A stretch of 64,000 nt of DNA, taken from Vicugna vicugna. Lineage: Eukaryota. The translations under genes were made by a program, and so were the position numbers. The stretch spans positions 1 through 64,000 of the forward strand of contig MU058418.1 of the NCBI GenBank assembly GCA_013265495.1, read 5' to 3'. Below, in pieces: positions 40,072-52,725 of this stretch. The notes under the pieces were generated by a model that did no database searches, was not told the DNA's origin, and saw nothing but the letters and a program-made list of their open reading frames with translations. The number at the start of each line of letters is the position of its first letter. Position 1 is the stretch's first letter.

Positions 40072-40519
40072 GGTCGCTGTTACTATTTCTCATGGGGTGG
40101 TCAGGAAAGCCCTTCTTATTAAAAGGGCATTTTGCAGAGAGCTGAATAAAGTGAGGAACATATGGGGATACCTGGGCCAGTGATTAGAGGGAGGAGGAAG
40201 TCCAAGAGCCTTGAGGTGGGAGTGTGCTTGGGGTGTCTGAGTCGTAGGAAGGAGGTCGTGCAACTGGAGTAGGGTGAACAACAGGTGAGTGACATGAGGA
40301 GAGATACATTGTGACAAAGGACCCTGTTGCCTGAAGGTCACAAGCTGTTTCCATCGTGTGACCCACAAGAGGCCAGCGAATCTACCAGTTGGTGAGATGA
40401 CCATCCAAGGACAGCACACAGCCACATTTCTTCAAAATCGTTCAAGAGCTCTGGCAGTAAACTTTATTATCAAATTATATATTCCAGTCTATCAATTATA
40501 TCCCTACTATTTTATAAAT

Positions 40520-40800
40520 TGACACCTCTGAAAGAATTGCCCTGACCCACATCCCTGACCGAGTTAGATAATCTTCATTATTGTTTCCTTAGAACCCTGT
40601 CCACAGCTGTCTCACACCCACTGTGATGTGCTGGCATGGGTTGTCCCAACCCCTTTAGGCTGGTGTGTCTCCCTGTATCATCTCCAGGCTTCTTGAGAGC
40701 AGGAAATAATTTTTATTTATTCCCCATACCTATACATGTCTAGCATACAACAGGCAAACAACTAACACCCATTGAATGAGTGAATGAATGAATGAATGAA
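40520..40800 (+). mobile_element. L2 3' end
   Basis: ggcttcttgagagcagg..ctagcatacaacaggca..ttgaatgagtgaatgaatgaatgaatgaa, the (TGAA)n L2 terminus. Confidence 0.7.
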
Positions 40801-42499
40801 TAGTGAAGATCTTGTTTCATCCATGCTTGGAATGCCACCCAATCACACTCCAAAGAAAGTTTTAGCACTGAAGGGTTTATTTAACCTAGTAAATGTAACT
40901 AAGAATACATTTATCTTCATAACTGAGATGAATAAAACAAGAGACAGAGCTTTGCTTTTTATTATCACAATATGGGCACTAGGAGGCAGGAGACCTTGGT
41001 TCTACTTCTATCTTTGCCAATAACTGTGTGACCTCAGACAAATCACTTAACTTCTCTGGGCTCTGGGTCCTCACTGGCAATAAGACCCAGAGTCAGTCAT
41101 TTCAGCCAGCTGCCCTCAACAATTCAGGCCCTTTCTGAACATCCAAACTGAGCTTAAGAACCTCCTTCTCCATGATTCTCACTGCCTAATCATCTCATTT
41201 GGTTTGTTTCTCAAACTTCTCTGCTGAAATAAGCCCAAAAGCAGAAGAGAGCGAATGACTTACAATTCTGAGCTGCCCTCAGAGGCTAGAAATCTATGTA
41301 TATATTTTTAAAGGAATAAATGTTTAAATCTGAGCTGAATATTTAAAATTAATGCATGAATTTGTATTTTACTTTATATTTTATCCCACAGTGTATCTGC
41401 TTGTTTAAAAAATAATGTATCTTCTCCACCAAACCTTTGAGGGAAATCATTACACAAAGGCACTCTGCAGAGTGGGATGGTTCTTTCTGGATTGTTATTC
41501 AGGAATTGGGGAGCTTCTTAAGAATTAGAAAAAGATTGCTTCCCTGGGCACACACAACCCCCAGCAAAGATTTCCACCCTCCTGTTGCTGGAAGCACCCT
41601 TGGGGCAGGCTTGGTTTCTGTCCACTCACCCCCTCAGCCGCAGGCCTTGGGCAGGTCACAAAGAATAACTGAGGCATGTGGGGGTTGGGGAGCTTCCCTG
41701 GTGCCTCTGAAATCCCCCTACAGGGGCAGCAGTCTTCTCTGGCCACCTACAGTGGACCTTGTTCTGGGCATTCCTGGACCAATATTATGGATTACCTTGG
41801 GTTTTCCCTCCTGGTTATAAAACCTCTGTCACAGAAGTTCCTTTTGCTGAGTTGTTTTTAGTCCTGACCCTAAAGCAAGCTTACTTTCATTTCTTTCACT
41901 TTTCACCGTTGGCAGAAAACTCTTTTCCCATTTACCTCTTATCTGAAAACATTTAACCTCTCACTGCTCCTCTATCACTCTTTTCTTCCTAGAAACTTCT
42001 TATCTTTTGCAACCCCCATCCCCCTCCAGGGGAAGAGAGCCGACTCTCACTTTTGAGCATTTACCAAAAGTCTCTGGTTCAGGCGCCGGGGGAGGGGGCT
42101 GGCTCCTTCAGGCAGACGTGGAGGCCTCTAGACATTCCCTGGACAAAGGTCCCAAGGAAGGATGACCTAGAGTAACTGGGTTTCTGGGGAAAGCCAAGAG
42201 GCCCTATAAAGTCCTTCCAGACAGTTCTCTCCACGCTGCCATAGATATCAGAAATAATTTCTTTAGCACTGATCTGTGTAAGACTCTATCAAACACTGTT
42301 TTGAATTACAAATGAAGAAGTGTTCCCATATACTTCACCAAACACACATGTTAAAAATGGCAAAGACTAGAGTTAACTTAGAAATTTTTGTAATTTTTGT
42401 GAACAGTTGGTGAGTACAGGCTTGGAGTGGGGGGTGCAGTATAGAAAGGGCTCCAGAATACACTACTGGGGCAGAAAAATTATTTTCAGCAGAAGACAT

Positions 42500-42920
42500 T
42501 TGGGTTCCTAAAGTCTCTTATCTGCCTCAAAGTAGAGTCAAAGAAGTAAAAAAAAAAAGTCAGTTGTCATAAATTCCTTCCCCCTGGGGGAGCAACTAGA
42601 GATAAGAAGTCTCAGGCCACACTTACACAGACACTGTCACAAAACGATCATATCTCCCAGCTATTCTCCTAAGGGCTCATTTATCTCTCTAGAAAGTTAT
42701 GCTTTCCTGTAAATTTTGTTCTCCCTCTCCCCTTCCCTATTAAGATGGTACATAAGCCCCAGTTTTTTAAACTGTCCCTTTGAGTCACATTTTTCTGTGA
42801 ACTCCTGTACATACATTAATAATAATATGTGATTAAATTTTGTCTTGTCTCTTGCTACTCTGTCTTTTGTCAGTATTTGCAGGCCTCCAAGAACTAAACC
42901 TAAGAGGTTAGAGGAAAAGG
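42500..42920 (+). mobile_element. ERV1-type LTR fragment (MER34/MER39-like)
   Basis: cccctattaagatggtacataagccc-like TATA region..ttttctgtgaactcc..tcttttgtcag..cctaagaggttagaggaaaa. Confidence 0.6.
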
Positions 42921-43379
42921 GTCTAGGGTCTAGGATAGATTAACGGAAGAGAAAATGCTAGATACTTAATTACTCTATGATATATAATACTTTGCAAAGC
43001 ATAAGCAAGTTGAAAGTTGAAAGATTCTTTGGTATCTTTAAAATGTAAACTTTATACAAATCATGCAAATCATACTTTAATACCCCTCTTCAAGTTATTT
43101 CTGGCATGTGACATTTTGCATAGTACCTCCATTAAGCTTGCTTCTTGATTAGAAGGCAGAACAAGAAAAAAAGTAGTGCATTAGGTGTTAGGACTGGATA
43201 TTGAAAATCCAGGATCTAAAATCGGAGAACAATATTACCTCCCACTGAAAGATTATATAAATACTACTGTCTAGTCTTCAAACACAGGTAATATTTCTTT
43301 TGATAATTATATTAACTTTTTAAAAATTTAAACTAAGTGTTGTTAAAAATGGACAAAATACCCTTGGTAAAACATTTAG

Positions 43380-43745
43380 ACAGCAAGCAAAATGAATGAA
43401 CCAAAACAAACAATGGGATGAATCTCAACAATCCAGTTAATAGTAACTAGAAAAATGTAAAGTGTTAAAAAAAAAGTTACATGAAACATTACTCCCTTTT
43501 CATAGAATTTAAAACAATGACAATAAAGAGATATAAGTTTTAGGAACCCATTTGCTGCAGTTAAACTCTATTAAAAGGAAAGCAAGACAAGAGAGTGGTA
43601 GATTCAGGATGAAACAATCATGGCTGGGGAGGTGGCAGGGGAATGAGATGGGAGTGAGGGAATCATGTGGTCACGTGAAAGTTATTAGAAAGATCCTAGT
43701 TTTTATTTGGGATGGTGGCTTCACAGGTACCTACTACGGTATTTA
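43380..43745 (+). mobile_element. Ancient L1ME-type 3' fragment
   Basis: cagcaagcaaaatgaatgaac..aacaatgggatgaatctcaa..tgggatggtggcttcacagg. Confidence 0.5.
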
Positions 43746-44792
43746 ATAATAAAAGGGAAAAAAAAGAAATTGAAAAAGTTCAGAAATGCACAAATATGTT
43801 ATGTATCATAAATATGTAATATAAATATTAACTTTCCAGTCCAAAATCCCAAAAGTGTCCACTGTATCACCTTCTTGTACATCCTTCCAAAATTTTTCAT
43901 CTTAGTATTTGAAAGCATATTCTAATTCCCCATTTAAAAAGCACCTGCAAGCCCAGTCCAAAGGAAAACAAGTAAGTCATGAGGGAGGTTGCTAGTGTTA
44001 ACGGTGATCGCAAGAAGAGACTCTTGAGTAACTTGCACAATGTACAGTGCAGTCAAGTCTTTGAAAAACAGAGTAAAGTCTTAAGCAAAGGGCCTGGAAA
44101 CAATTAGTAACAGAAACCACAGCTTCCCCTAGGCTCAACCCAGGCTGCTCTCCCCTCAGGGCTGCTAGACAGATAAGTCTTGAAATGCTTTCTGTCTGCC
44201 CTGAACTCCTAAGATTATATTCAGAGTTATCAGAGAGGCTGATGAGGGCAGAGGACTCTGAACAAAGTGTCAACCACCTCTCCACCCTCCAGAAAACCAG
44301 ACTTCTCAGGTGCAGAATCCAGCAGAGGAGAGGTTAGAATTTCTCTTTTTATAGGAGAACTGGGTATAAAATCTTTGTAGGTCTAGACCCCAAATGGGCG
44401 GAACATTTTAATTCTTTATTTATAATTTCTTCCTGGGGCAAAGGTCAACTTGGTCCTTTCAAATGGAGAACCCAGCTCTCAGTCTCCAAGCAAGCTACCC
44501 CTTTAGCCCCTCCATAAAAAAAAAAGGTTCCCCAGCCTGCTCCTCAGGCTACTTCCTCAATCTCATCTCGCACCCCCACTTGACCTGCATGTGCAGCAAC
44601 TGGGAAGGAAGTAGAGATGAAAGAGGAAATTGTATCCCTCACAATTGCAGAGGGGCTTAGATGTTGTAGCCAGATTCAGGGTGTCGGAATTCTACACCAT
44701 CCCCACCATTCCTCTTCACCAACTAGGCTGCCACCATTTCTTCAATGAGCAATCAGATTTCACTAACATTTCACCACACATTTGGACTGTAA

Positions 44793-44980
44793 CCAGTAGT
44801 GTGCTGGTGTTTAACAACTGGCTGTATGGGGAAAAGGAATCTGTAATATTTGTTGATTTCCATGGTGTAATTACTCCCACTATGGCCGATTTCAAGCTAC
44901 CAACATGATGTCAAGGAATGCAGAACTGGAAAATGACATACACATCTCATGAGCTGGTTTGAGCAGGCTCCCTTATACCA
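44793..44980. mobile_element. MER63-like hAT DNA transposon relic
   Basis: ccagtagtgtgctgg..tttaacaactggc..gatttcaagctaccaac..gagcaggctcccttataccac with degenerate terminal inverted repeats. Confidence 0.6.
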
Positions 44981-45919
44981 CAAACTCCAATACTTTCATT
45001 ATAGTTTATTATTATTTGCGTAAGTAGCTCTACAATTGGTCAATATTTTATAGCCACGCCCCAGTTTCTTCATTTTCAAACATGGGAAAATAAGACCCAC
45101 TTCTCCAGACTACTATGAAAATTCAAGTTGCAGGCACATAAAGATTTAATTCATATCAGTCCTGTTTCTCTCATCTCATTCCTTCTTATCACCTTCATTC
45201 CTCTCCCTCATTGGGAACACAATCCTTCCATGGACCGAAGCCCGGGGAAGGGCCACCTGGAGCCCAGGAGATAGAGAAGGGCTCCAGTTGATGGCCAGCT
45301 GGAGTGCCAAGAGGACCTTTTCTCATAGAAAGATGTTAGCAAATGCTACATAACATCGAGGTCTATGCCATGATTGGGTCTTCCTGTAAAGGGTTCTGTT
45401 TCTGTCTGGCATTCCCAATTATGGTGCCCTTGAGGATCTTTGTGGAAATGGACAATGGGTACTACCTGGTGACATCCTACACAACAGTGAGTTCCACATG
45501 GTGGTAGATTCTACAGTAGCACTCATCCACTCTCACAATTTTGAGTAACACCTATATTCTTTTGAAGGCAGGTAACAATTCAAACTCTCAGAAGCAGTTG
45601 AAGAATATACTGCTCATATAACTGCATGACAGGTCCAGGGAGGAGGGTTATGGCTAGGGTAGCTCCCAGAATTCCTACAAGATCTGCAAGACCCCAAGGA
45701 CTAGCAGCCAGGACACGAAACTACCAAGACATTTCATCTCCAAACACTGCTTATCTCTGCTTGCTCTGGTTTCTCTTTGAGTGTTAATCACATTCTTTTC
45801 CTGCTATAGACAGACTCTGCCAACAAGCTGGAGAAGATAGCACCATACCTGTCAGTCCCACTGAGCCCACACTGAATGATGGAGAAGTAATCTTGCAAAA
45901 GATGGTGGATGGATGGATG

Positions 45920-47125
45920 ACCCCATCTCTGGTCTAGTGCTGTCTCCTGAACTCCAGATCTGTACATCCCAGACATTTCCAGTTGGATAGACATCAGGCA
46001 CTATGTTAGTTTGCTAGGGCCGCCATAACAAAGTACCAAAAACTGGTAGACTTAGAACAGTGAAATGCATTATCTCACAGTTATGGAGCTCAAATATCCA
46101 AAACCAAGCTGTCAACAGGGCCCTGCTCCCTCTGAAGGCACTAGGGAATAACCTATTCCATGTCTCTCTCCTAGCTTCTGGTACTTCTTTGTCTTATGCC
46201 TGCATCACCCCAATCTCTGCCTTCATCTTCACTTGGTGTTCTCGTGTGCATGTCTGTCTCTGTGTCCAAATTTCCAGTTTTTATAAGGACAGTCATATTG
46301 GGTTAGAACACACACTCATGACCTCATCTTCACTTGATTACACTAGCAAAAATCTTATTTCCATGTAAGGACACATTCTAAGGTACTGGGGGTTAGGACT
46401 TCTATATGTGAATATCAGAGGGACACAACTGAACCCATACCAGGCACTGTAAGAACTCCAGTAGAGAATTGATCGTCTTTGTTCCGGTCTCCCGCCCTGT
46501 TCCCTAAATGGGTTCCTTTCCCGAGACATGTTGTGCTGCTCATAGATAACCACTGCATGCCCTGTCACACAAACCAGGAACCTGGAAGTCGTTTTAGTCT
46601 TCTCTTTCCTTCTACATTCAGTCTCATTAAGTCCTGCCAGGGCTACACCTTAAATGTCTCTTTAATAGTTTCCTCCGTGTCCAATTCCAGGGTGACACCA
46701 CTTTAGCTCAGGTTCTTACTACTTCATGTCTAGAATGTTACAAACACCTCCTAAATGGTCTCCTTACCTCCAGTTTTGGCTCACTGACCTGCACACTTCA
46801 CTCCTGCCCCTACCACCAATCCATTCAATACCCGGAAGCCTACGTGATTTGTCAAAAATAGAAAGGTTCTTTTTTTTTCAACCATTTCAGAATTTTTTAA
46901 GTCCCAATAAACAAAGACGAAGCACGAAGTTCTTAGTAAAGCCCCCCAAGGCCCTGATACTATGATCCCTTTATAGTCTCACCTTTGGCCATTCTCCTCC
47001 CTAACCTTCAACCAGACTGATGTGGCCACAGTTCCCCTAAATGAGGCCTCTAATTCTCCCCACCTCTCAAAGGCCTCCTCATCCTTCAAGGTGCAGCTCA
47101 AGAACTTTCTCTGGAAAGCCTCCTG
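45920..47125 (+). mobile_element. L2 fragment interrupted by an MLT1 LTR
   Basis: tctcctgaactccagatc..catttccagttggatagac..caggcac; cctcctaaatggtctcc; tcctcatccttcaaggtgcagctcaa. Confidence 0.65.
46002..46442 (-). mobile_element. MaLR MLT1B/C-type solo LTR
   Basis: gttagtttgctagggccgccataacaaagtacca..gggttaggacttc..; perfect 5-bp TSD ggcac (45997-46001 / 46443-46447). Confidence 0.9.
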
Positions 47126-47278
47126 CCTCAGTCTGCTGATGCTGCTGTAACAAAAAAATCCTCAGACTGGATGCTTAAACTACAACCATTTCTTTCTCAT
47201 ATTTCTAGAGATGGGCAAGTACACCGTCAAGGAGCCAGTAGGTCGGTGTCTATTAAGAGCCCGCTTCCTGGCTTGCAG
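47125..47278 (-). mobile_element. Truncated MLT1 LTR
   Basis: ctcagtctgct..gctgctgtaacaaaa..cagactggatgcttaaac..tttctcatatttctagag. Confidence 0.7.
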
Positions 47279-47722
47279 TGTGGAAGGGAAATCAAAATGG
47301 AGTCAGCACTGCTACGAGAGCTCTCTAAAACGGAGCTAGAAGGATGTGTGATGATATGCACATCTCAGTCTGGGTGGAATCTGACCTGCGACACTTACTG
47401 TCCTAACAAAGGCAACCAGAACTTCCAACAGAACCTCAAGACGCTTATCAAACCCTTAACCTAAATTGACTCATCACAGCCACGCCTTGAGGACAAATAA
47501 TTCCCTTCTGGCATCAGAACACAGATTCATGGCTTTTGCCTTTTTAAGCCCCTGGTTCTTTCTCTTCCCCAGAACACTCTTTCCATTTTACCCAAATCTG
47601 TGTCTCCCAAATTGCAATTCTTAAAACCCCAAATTTTAAATTTTAGGACATCCAGCTAGTGTCCAAGAATTGCTTGTTGGTGTAGGAAAACTCCTTTCTT
47701 CATCAGAACTGGAGTCAGAATT
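47279..47722 (+). mobile_element. ERV1-type LTR fragment abutting a MER21-like LTR end
   Basis: tgtggaagg..caaaatggagtc..ttttgcctttttaagccc..tgtgtctcccaaattgcaattc; then ggacatccagctagtgtcc..ttgcttgttggtgt..ggagtcagaa. Confidence 0.55.
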
Positions 47723-48144
47723 CTGTTAGGCATTGGTCGTGCCGAGCAGCAATGGAAGAGGTGCTAGAAGCCGTCCCAGTGAGTCCTCTCTGGCATGAGC
47801 AGGTGGACCAGCTGGCGGAGGCCCTTCTGCGGGCAAAGGGAAGCTAGGCAGTTGGCAGGCAATGATGACTCAGCTCCCATCGGACCAGGACCATGTCCTG
47901 GCTGAGGCCCTTTGCTAGGTCCTTTCACCCAACTCTTCCCAGCAGGACACCCCCTCCCTTCATGGGCAACTACAGAACAAACCAGCTAAATGTCAGTAAT
48001 AGAGGAGCTAGAATATTCAGTTCCTGCCATGTGACAATGGCCTCTCCTTTGGACCATAAGCTAGGAAGGACAGGGACTGTGTCTTCAGCTTTGCAGACCC
48101 AGCACTAAGCACAGGGAGGGACACTTGGAGGCTAATATCACCAG

Positions 48145-48385
48145 CAATGGCCATTTACTGAGCACTATCTATGCACCAGACACTGCCAGAGCTTAATGTG
48201 TACTCAGTCTTTTAATCTTCACAATTTTATGAGGTTAGGGCTATTATCATCTCCATTGCATAGATGGCGGTACCGAGGCACAGAGAGGTTGAGAAATTCA
48301 CCCAGTGTTGCACACCTAATAAGAGGCAAACCAGGGATTTGAACCTGGGCTCTCTGGCTCCAGAGCCCACATTCTTAGCTTGTAT
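48145..48385 (-). mobile_element. MIR SINE
   Basis: catttactgagcact..tttaatcttcacaa..ctattatcatctccattgcatagatg..gaggcacagagaggtt..gggatttgaacc. Confidence 0.85.
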
Positions 48386-48592
48386 ACTCTAGAGCCTATC
48401 AAGTAATACTGATTAATCTTTATAAATAAAGTTAAAACATTAAATACTCTCATTTTATTTAAGTACACACAAAATCACTTCTGGGGGTCCCAGGAAGGTC
48501 ACTTCAAAGCTATAGCTTCATCCTTTAAAGCAGCTGAAACATGAAACCACTATCTGGGCAGCAGAGGCCATAAATACTAAGAAGCCATAGAG

Positions 48593-49430
48593 AGAGATCT
48601 GCCTAGATGGTGGAGTAGAAAGACCCTGAGCTCACCTCCTCTCACAGGCACACCGAAGTCACAACTACTTACAGAACAACCATCAGTGGAAAAGACTGGA
48701 ACCTACCAGAAAAGATCTTCTACAACTAAAGATATAAAGAAGGAACCACAATGAGATGGGTGGGAGGTGCAGAGACGCAGCATAGTCAGGACCCATGCCC
48801 CTGGGGACAGTGACCCACAAACAAGAGGATAATTACAAGTGCAGAGATTCTCCCCGAGGGAGCAAGGAGTCCGAGCCCCACACCAGGCTCCCCAGCCCAG
48901 GGGTCCTGCACTGGAAAGACAAGCCTCCAGAACATTTGGCTTTTAAGGCCAGTGGTGTCATTACTTTGAAGAGACTCAAAAGGCCATGGGAAACAGACTC
49001 CACTCCTAATGGGCGTGCACAAAATCTCACACACTCTGGGACCCAGGACAGAGGCAGTCATCTGAAAGGACTCTGGGTCAGATCCACCTGCTGATTTTGG
49101 AGAGTCTCCCAGAGAGGCAGGAGGCCACTGCAACTCATCCTGCTGACACAGACACTGGTAGCAGCCAGTTTGGGGAGCTCCATCTACCACGTTGACCCTG
49201 GTGCTGGTGAGCACCATTTTCGCACCCTCCCTCTAGTTTATTAGCACCAGGACCCAGCCCTACCCCTGACCAACAGCCTGTAGGCACCAGTGCTGGAATG
49301 CCTCAGGCCAAGCAAATAACTGGGTGGGGACACAGCCCCAAACCACCAGCAGACAGGCTGCCTTAAGACCCCCTGAGCCCACAGCCACCCTGGGGCATGT
49401 CCTTGCCCTCCAGAGAGCCCAAACCAGGCT
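48593..49430 (+). mobile_element. Isolated L1 5'UTR (cetartiodactyl type) with no ORF1 or 3' end
   Basis: agatggtggagtagaaagaccctgagctcacctcctctcac..cagaaaagatcttctacaactaaaga..ccaccagcagacaggctgccttaagac resembles the start of artiodactyl L1 5'UTRs. Confidence 0.7.
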
Positions 49431-50399
49431 GGATTTTTATTAAGGGATCCCAGAAATGTTTATAACAAAAGCTATCTGATTTTACAAACATGCAAGTACT
49501 AAATATACAGAGTTACCGTGTCTAATGCTATGAGTTAGAGGATTTTCAGAGGAAATTCATCTTTTTAAAGCCTTCCTGAAGTCTTCCTTCTGATAAAGAT
49601 AACCAGCAATGAAATGCAGGCCTCAAAAAAGATACTTTTAAAAAATTAATGAATTTCAGTAATCAGGTTGCAGGTTTATTAAATTTCTTCTTATGTGCTC
49701 TTTAATATAATCTATAACCACCATCTCTTTTATGTAGTTCTTGTGACTGCCCTGTCAGTCACACTGCTGATTTAAGTCATATTTACTTTAGCTTTAGTCA
49801 ATATTTGATATTTTCAGTAAATGTTATACTCTTATACTGCTTAAACATTTATTAAGCAGCTAAAATTGAGTCTTTACCTCATTTAGTATTTATCTTTGAA
49901 CAGACCAGGAACAGCACTGCTGATCATAGGATTCAGAACTCATTTTAGTCGGCTTGACCAAAGTCACTCTGCATACTTGGAAATGTGTGTGACCAAAGCA
50001 CTTCAACAAAGAGAAACCAGCCTGTGCAAGAACCAGGAAGCCCGTTTATCAGTGATTCTACCACCTCCAACCCTAGTTGGAAGAAACTAGTCAATCTTAA
50101 AAGAAAATTGCAAATTAACTTCTAGTTAATCTTGAAGCCGAGGCTGAGTAGGTCAATGTACTCAGAACAGTTCTCCTCCTTGAACAATACCTCATAGGCT
50201 ACATTTCTTTTTTATCAGGTGAAATTCTGAAAATACAATATTTTCCTCCAATAGCCGGAGTGACACAGCTTCTACGTGACCTTGTAGAAGGTGGGAAGAG
50301 AGAGGCGAGACTCACTTCTTTGACACCAGTAAGTGCTCCGAGTCCCACCAAAGACAGGAAGGCCACCCTCTAGTGAAGAGTCGTGGATCTGGAACCCAA

Positions 50400-50800
50400 G
50401 CTCATTCACCCTGCAGGCATTTGTGAACCACCTACTACGTGCTACTGGGTGCCAGAAACTATGCGAGGGGCTGAGGCTCAGGTGCTGAACAAAGGAGACC
50501 AGCTTCCTGCTGCCTTGGGGAGAGACAGAAAATAGGCAAATAAACAAGAAAACATCGACTTGCTGATCATTTCAGGAAATTTTAAGTAGGATAATTTGAT
50601 AGGTAGTTGACTGGTATCTCCGCTGGATTGAGCATCAAAAAAGAGCACCCGTGTCTGAGGTGGTGACAGCCGAGTCTGAAAGCAGAGACGGATCCAGCCG
50701 TGGGAAAAGCAGGAAGAAGAGAATGCCCAGAAGAGGACACAGTTACGCAAAGGCCCTCAGGCAGGAAGGAGTCTGGCAGCTTCTGGGAATGGAAAGAAAG
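50400..50800 (-). mobile_element. L2 3' fragment
   Basis: cattcacc..gcatttgtgaaccacctactacgtg..gagacagaaaataggcaaataaac..gcaaaggccctcaggcaggaaggagtctggca. Confidence 0.65.
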
Positions 50801-50943
50801 GCAACCCCCCCAAATGTTCACAGTGATTGTGTATTAATTTATAAAAAGAGAGAAAAAAATGTTATTTGGCAGGGGAAAAGTTCATATCCTTTAGCATTTG
50901 TGGACATCAATCAAAATGAAATTCTGAATAAAGAAAAAACTCT

Positions 50944-51078
50944 GGGGGGAAAGGGTATAGCTCAAGTGGCAGAGCACACGTTTAGCATACACAAGGTCCT
51001 GGGTTCAATCCCCAGTACTTCCTCTAAAAATAAAATAAATAACTAAAGCTAATTACCTCCCTCCCCTAAGCCTCCAAA
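50944..51078 (+). mobile_element. Vic-1-type SINE
   Basis: gggtatagctcaagtggcagagc..aggtcctgggttcaatccccagtac; 12-bp TSD aaagaaaaaact (50930-50941 / 51079-51090). Confidence 0.92.
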
Positions 51079-51431
51079 AAAGAAAAAACTTTTAGGCACA
51101 CTGATACTCATAGCAGCATCAATAATAATAGTGAAAAAAATAGAAATGACCTAAATATCCAACCCTAGCTGAGCAGTCACATAAATTGCAGCGTGTCTAT
51201 TTGTTGGGGATTATATAAAGCTTCAAGAATTTTGAGATAACGCTAAATGAAAACAAGTAAATATAAAATTGATGCTCTCAGCTATATAGAAGTTTAAAAG
51301 GAAAAAAAAGGAAATATAAAATTGTTTTTAAAATTATGTTAGGGATAGAACTATTTCCTACTCATTCTCTAATTTTCATGCCTTTTAATAATCATGAATT
51401 ACTTTTATGATTTAAAAAAATGCCTTCCTTA

Positions 51432-51667
51432 GGAGTTTGGGATTAACAGATACACATGACTATACATAAAATAAATAAACAACAGGGACCTACTGTATAG
51501 CGCAGAGAACTATATTCAATATCTCAGTAACCTGTAATGGAAGAGAATCTGAAAAATAATATATATGTGTGTGTGTGTGTGTGTGTATATAACTGAATCA
51601 CTTTGCTGTACACCTGAAATGAATACAACATTGTAAATCAACTATACTTGAATAAAACAAACAAACC
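51432..51667 (+). mobile_element. 5'-truncated cetartiodactyl-type L1 3' end with (TG)n
   Basis: ggagtttgggattaacagatacac..gacctactgtatagc..aactgaatcactttgctgtacacctgaaa..aataaaa. Confidence 0.88.
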
Positions 51668-52190
51668 CTAGTGCCTTTAAATAATATACTCCTTTCTCTC
51701 CTCTCTCTTTTGGCTCCCCCAAAATATTTTTCCCCTTCCCATCCTCCACCCTAGCTTTTATTCAAGAGTGGAGGCGTGCATGGATTCTTCTACTCCACTG
51801 CAATAGACAGACCTAACCGTGGACAGGAGTATGTACGAGTGACTATGTAAACACCAATGAACCACATACCACGTAAATCAGTGGCTATGACTGCTGACTT
51901 ATAGTGGGCTGTGCCATCTGCCCAGACACTGCACTGAACAGTTAACATCTGAATAATACATGAAAAGAAAAAGGCCGTGGTGGGAGGGGAGAAGAGGTTT
52001 TGATATCCTGGAGGAAGTGGAACTCCCCTGCAGGGTGGGGCACTAAAGACGGGGAAGATTAGCCATGAGACCTTGAGAGAGGGCGGTTGCAGGTCCGGGA
52101 TTCAGAATCATAAGAAAAATAGGGTTTGGGGAGTGTCACAGATCTGATTCGCTGGAAAACAGAGAGATTTGCAAGTAGGTAATTCGTTGG

Positions 52191-52348
52191 TGTTGTGGGT
52201 TGCATTGTGCCCTGCAAAAAGATATGTTGAAGTCCTAACCCCCAAACCTATGTATGTGACCTCATCTAGAATAGGGTCTTTGCAGGTGAAATTAGTTAAG
52301 ATGAGACTGTACTGGAGTAGGGTGGGCCCTTAGTCCACTATGACTGGG
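52191..52348 (+). mobile_element. Truncated MLT1 LTR (5' part)
   Basis: tgttgtgggttgcattgtg..aaaagatatgttgaagtcctaacccc..atagggtctttgcag..tagggtgggccct. Confidence 0.8.
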
Positions 52349-52469
52349 TTCCAAGCTTAACCACAACAACAAGGAAACTCCTGCTTCACGGGTTTATACT
52401 CTAAAGAAGAAAAGACAAGGGAACACCTCTTCTGTGACTAGCACAACCAACAACAGTTTGAGTACAGAG

Positions 52470-52725
52470 ATCAAGAGCTCAGGACATGTAGCATTACACT
52501 GTCCGGATTAAAATTCCATCTCCACCACACACTCGCAGTGTGTCTGTGAATTACTAAATCTCCTGACCTGAGTTCATTCATTCACAAAAGGGATAAGGAC
52601 AATGCCTACCTCAAAGCACTGTCGTGAGGGATTAAGTGGATTCATACCCATGACACCCTTAAAACAATGCCTGGCACACAGTAAGTGCTCAATGAAAGTG
52701 GCCCGTGACTATTACCATTATTATT
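52470..52725 (+). mobile_element. MIR SINE
   Basis: cctacctcaaagcactgtcgtgagggattaag..cttaaaacaatgcctggcacacagtaagtgctcaatgaa. Confidence 0.75.

Larger units (their letters stand above)
39285..40360 (-). mobile_element. L2 3' region interrupted by (GATA)n(GACA)n at 39411-39450 and by an MLT1 LTR
   Basis: cattcattcact..gcaccttctgtgtaccagcc..gatgctggtgatatag; resumes after 40075 with gtggtcaggaaagccctt. Confidence 0.7.
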
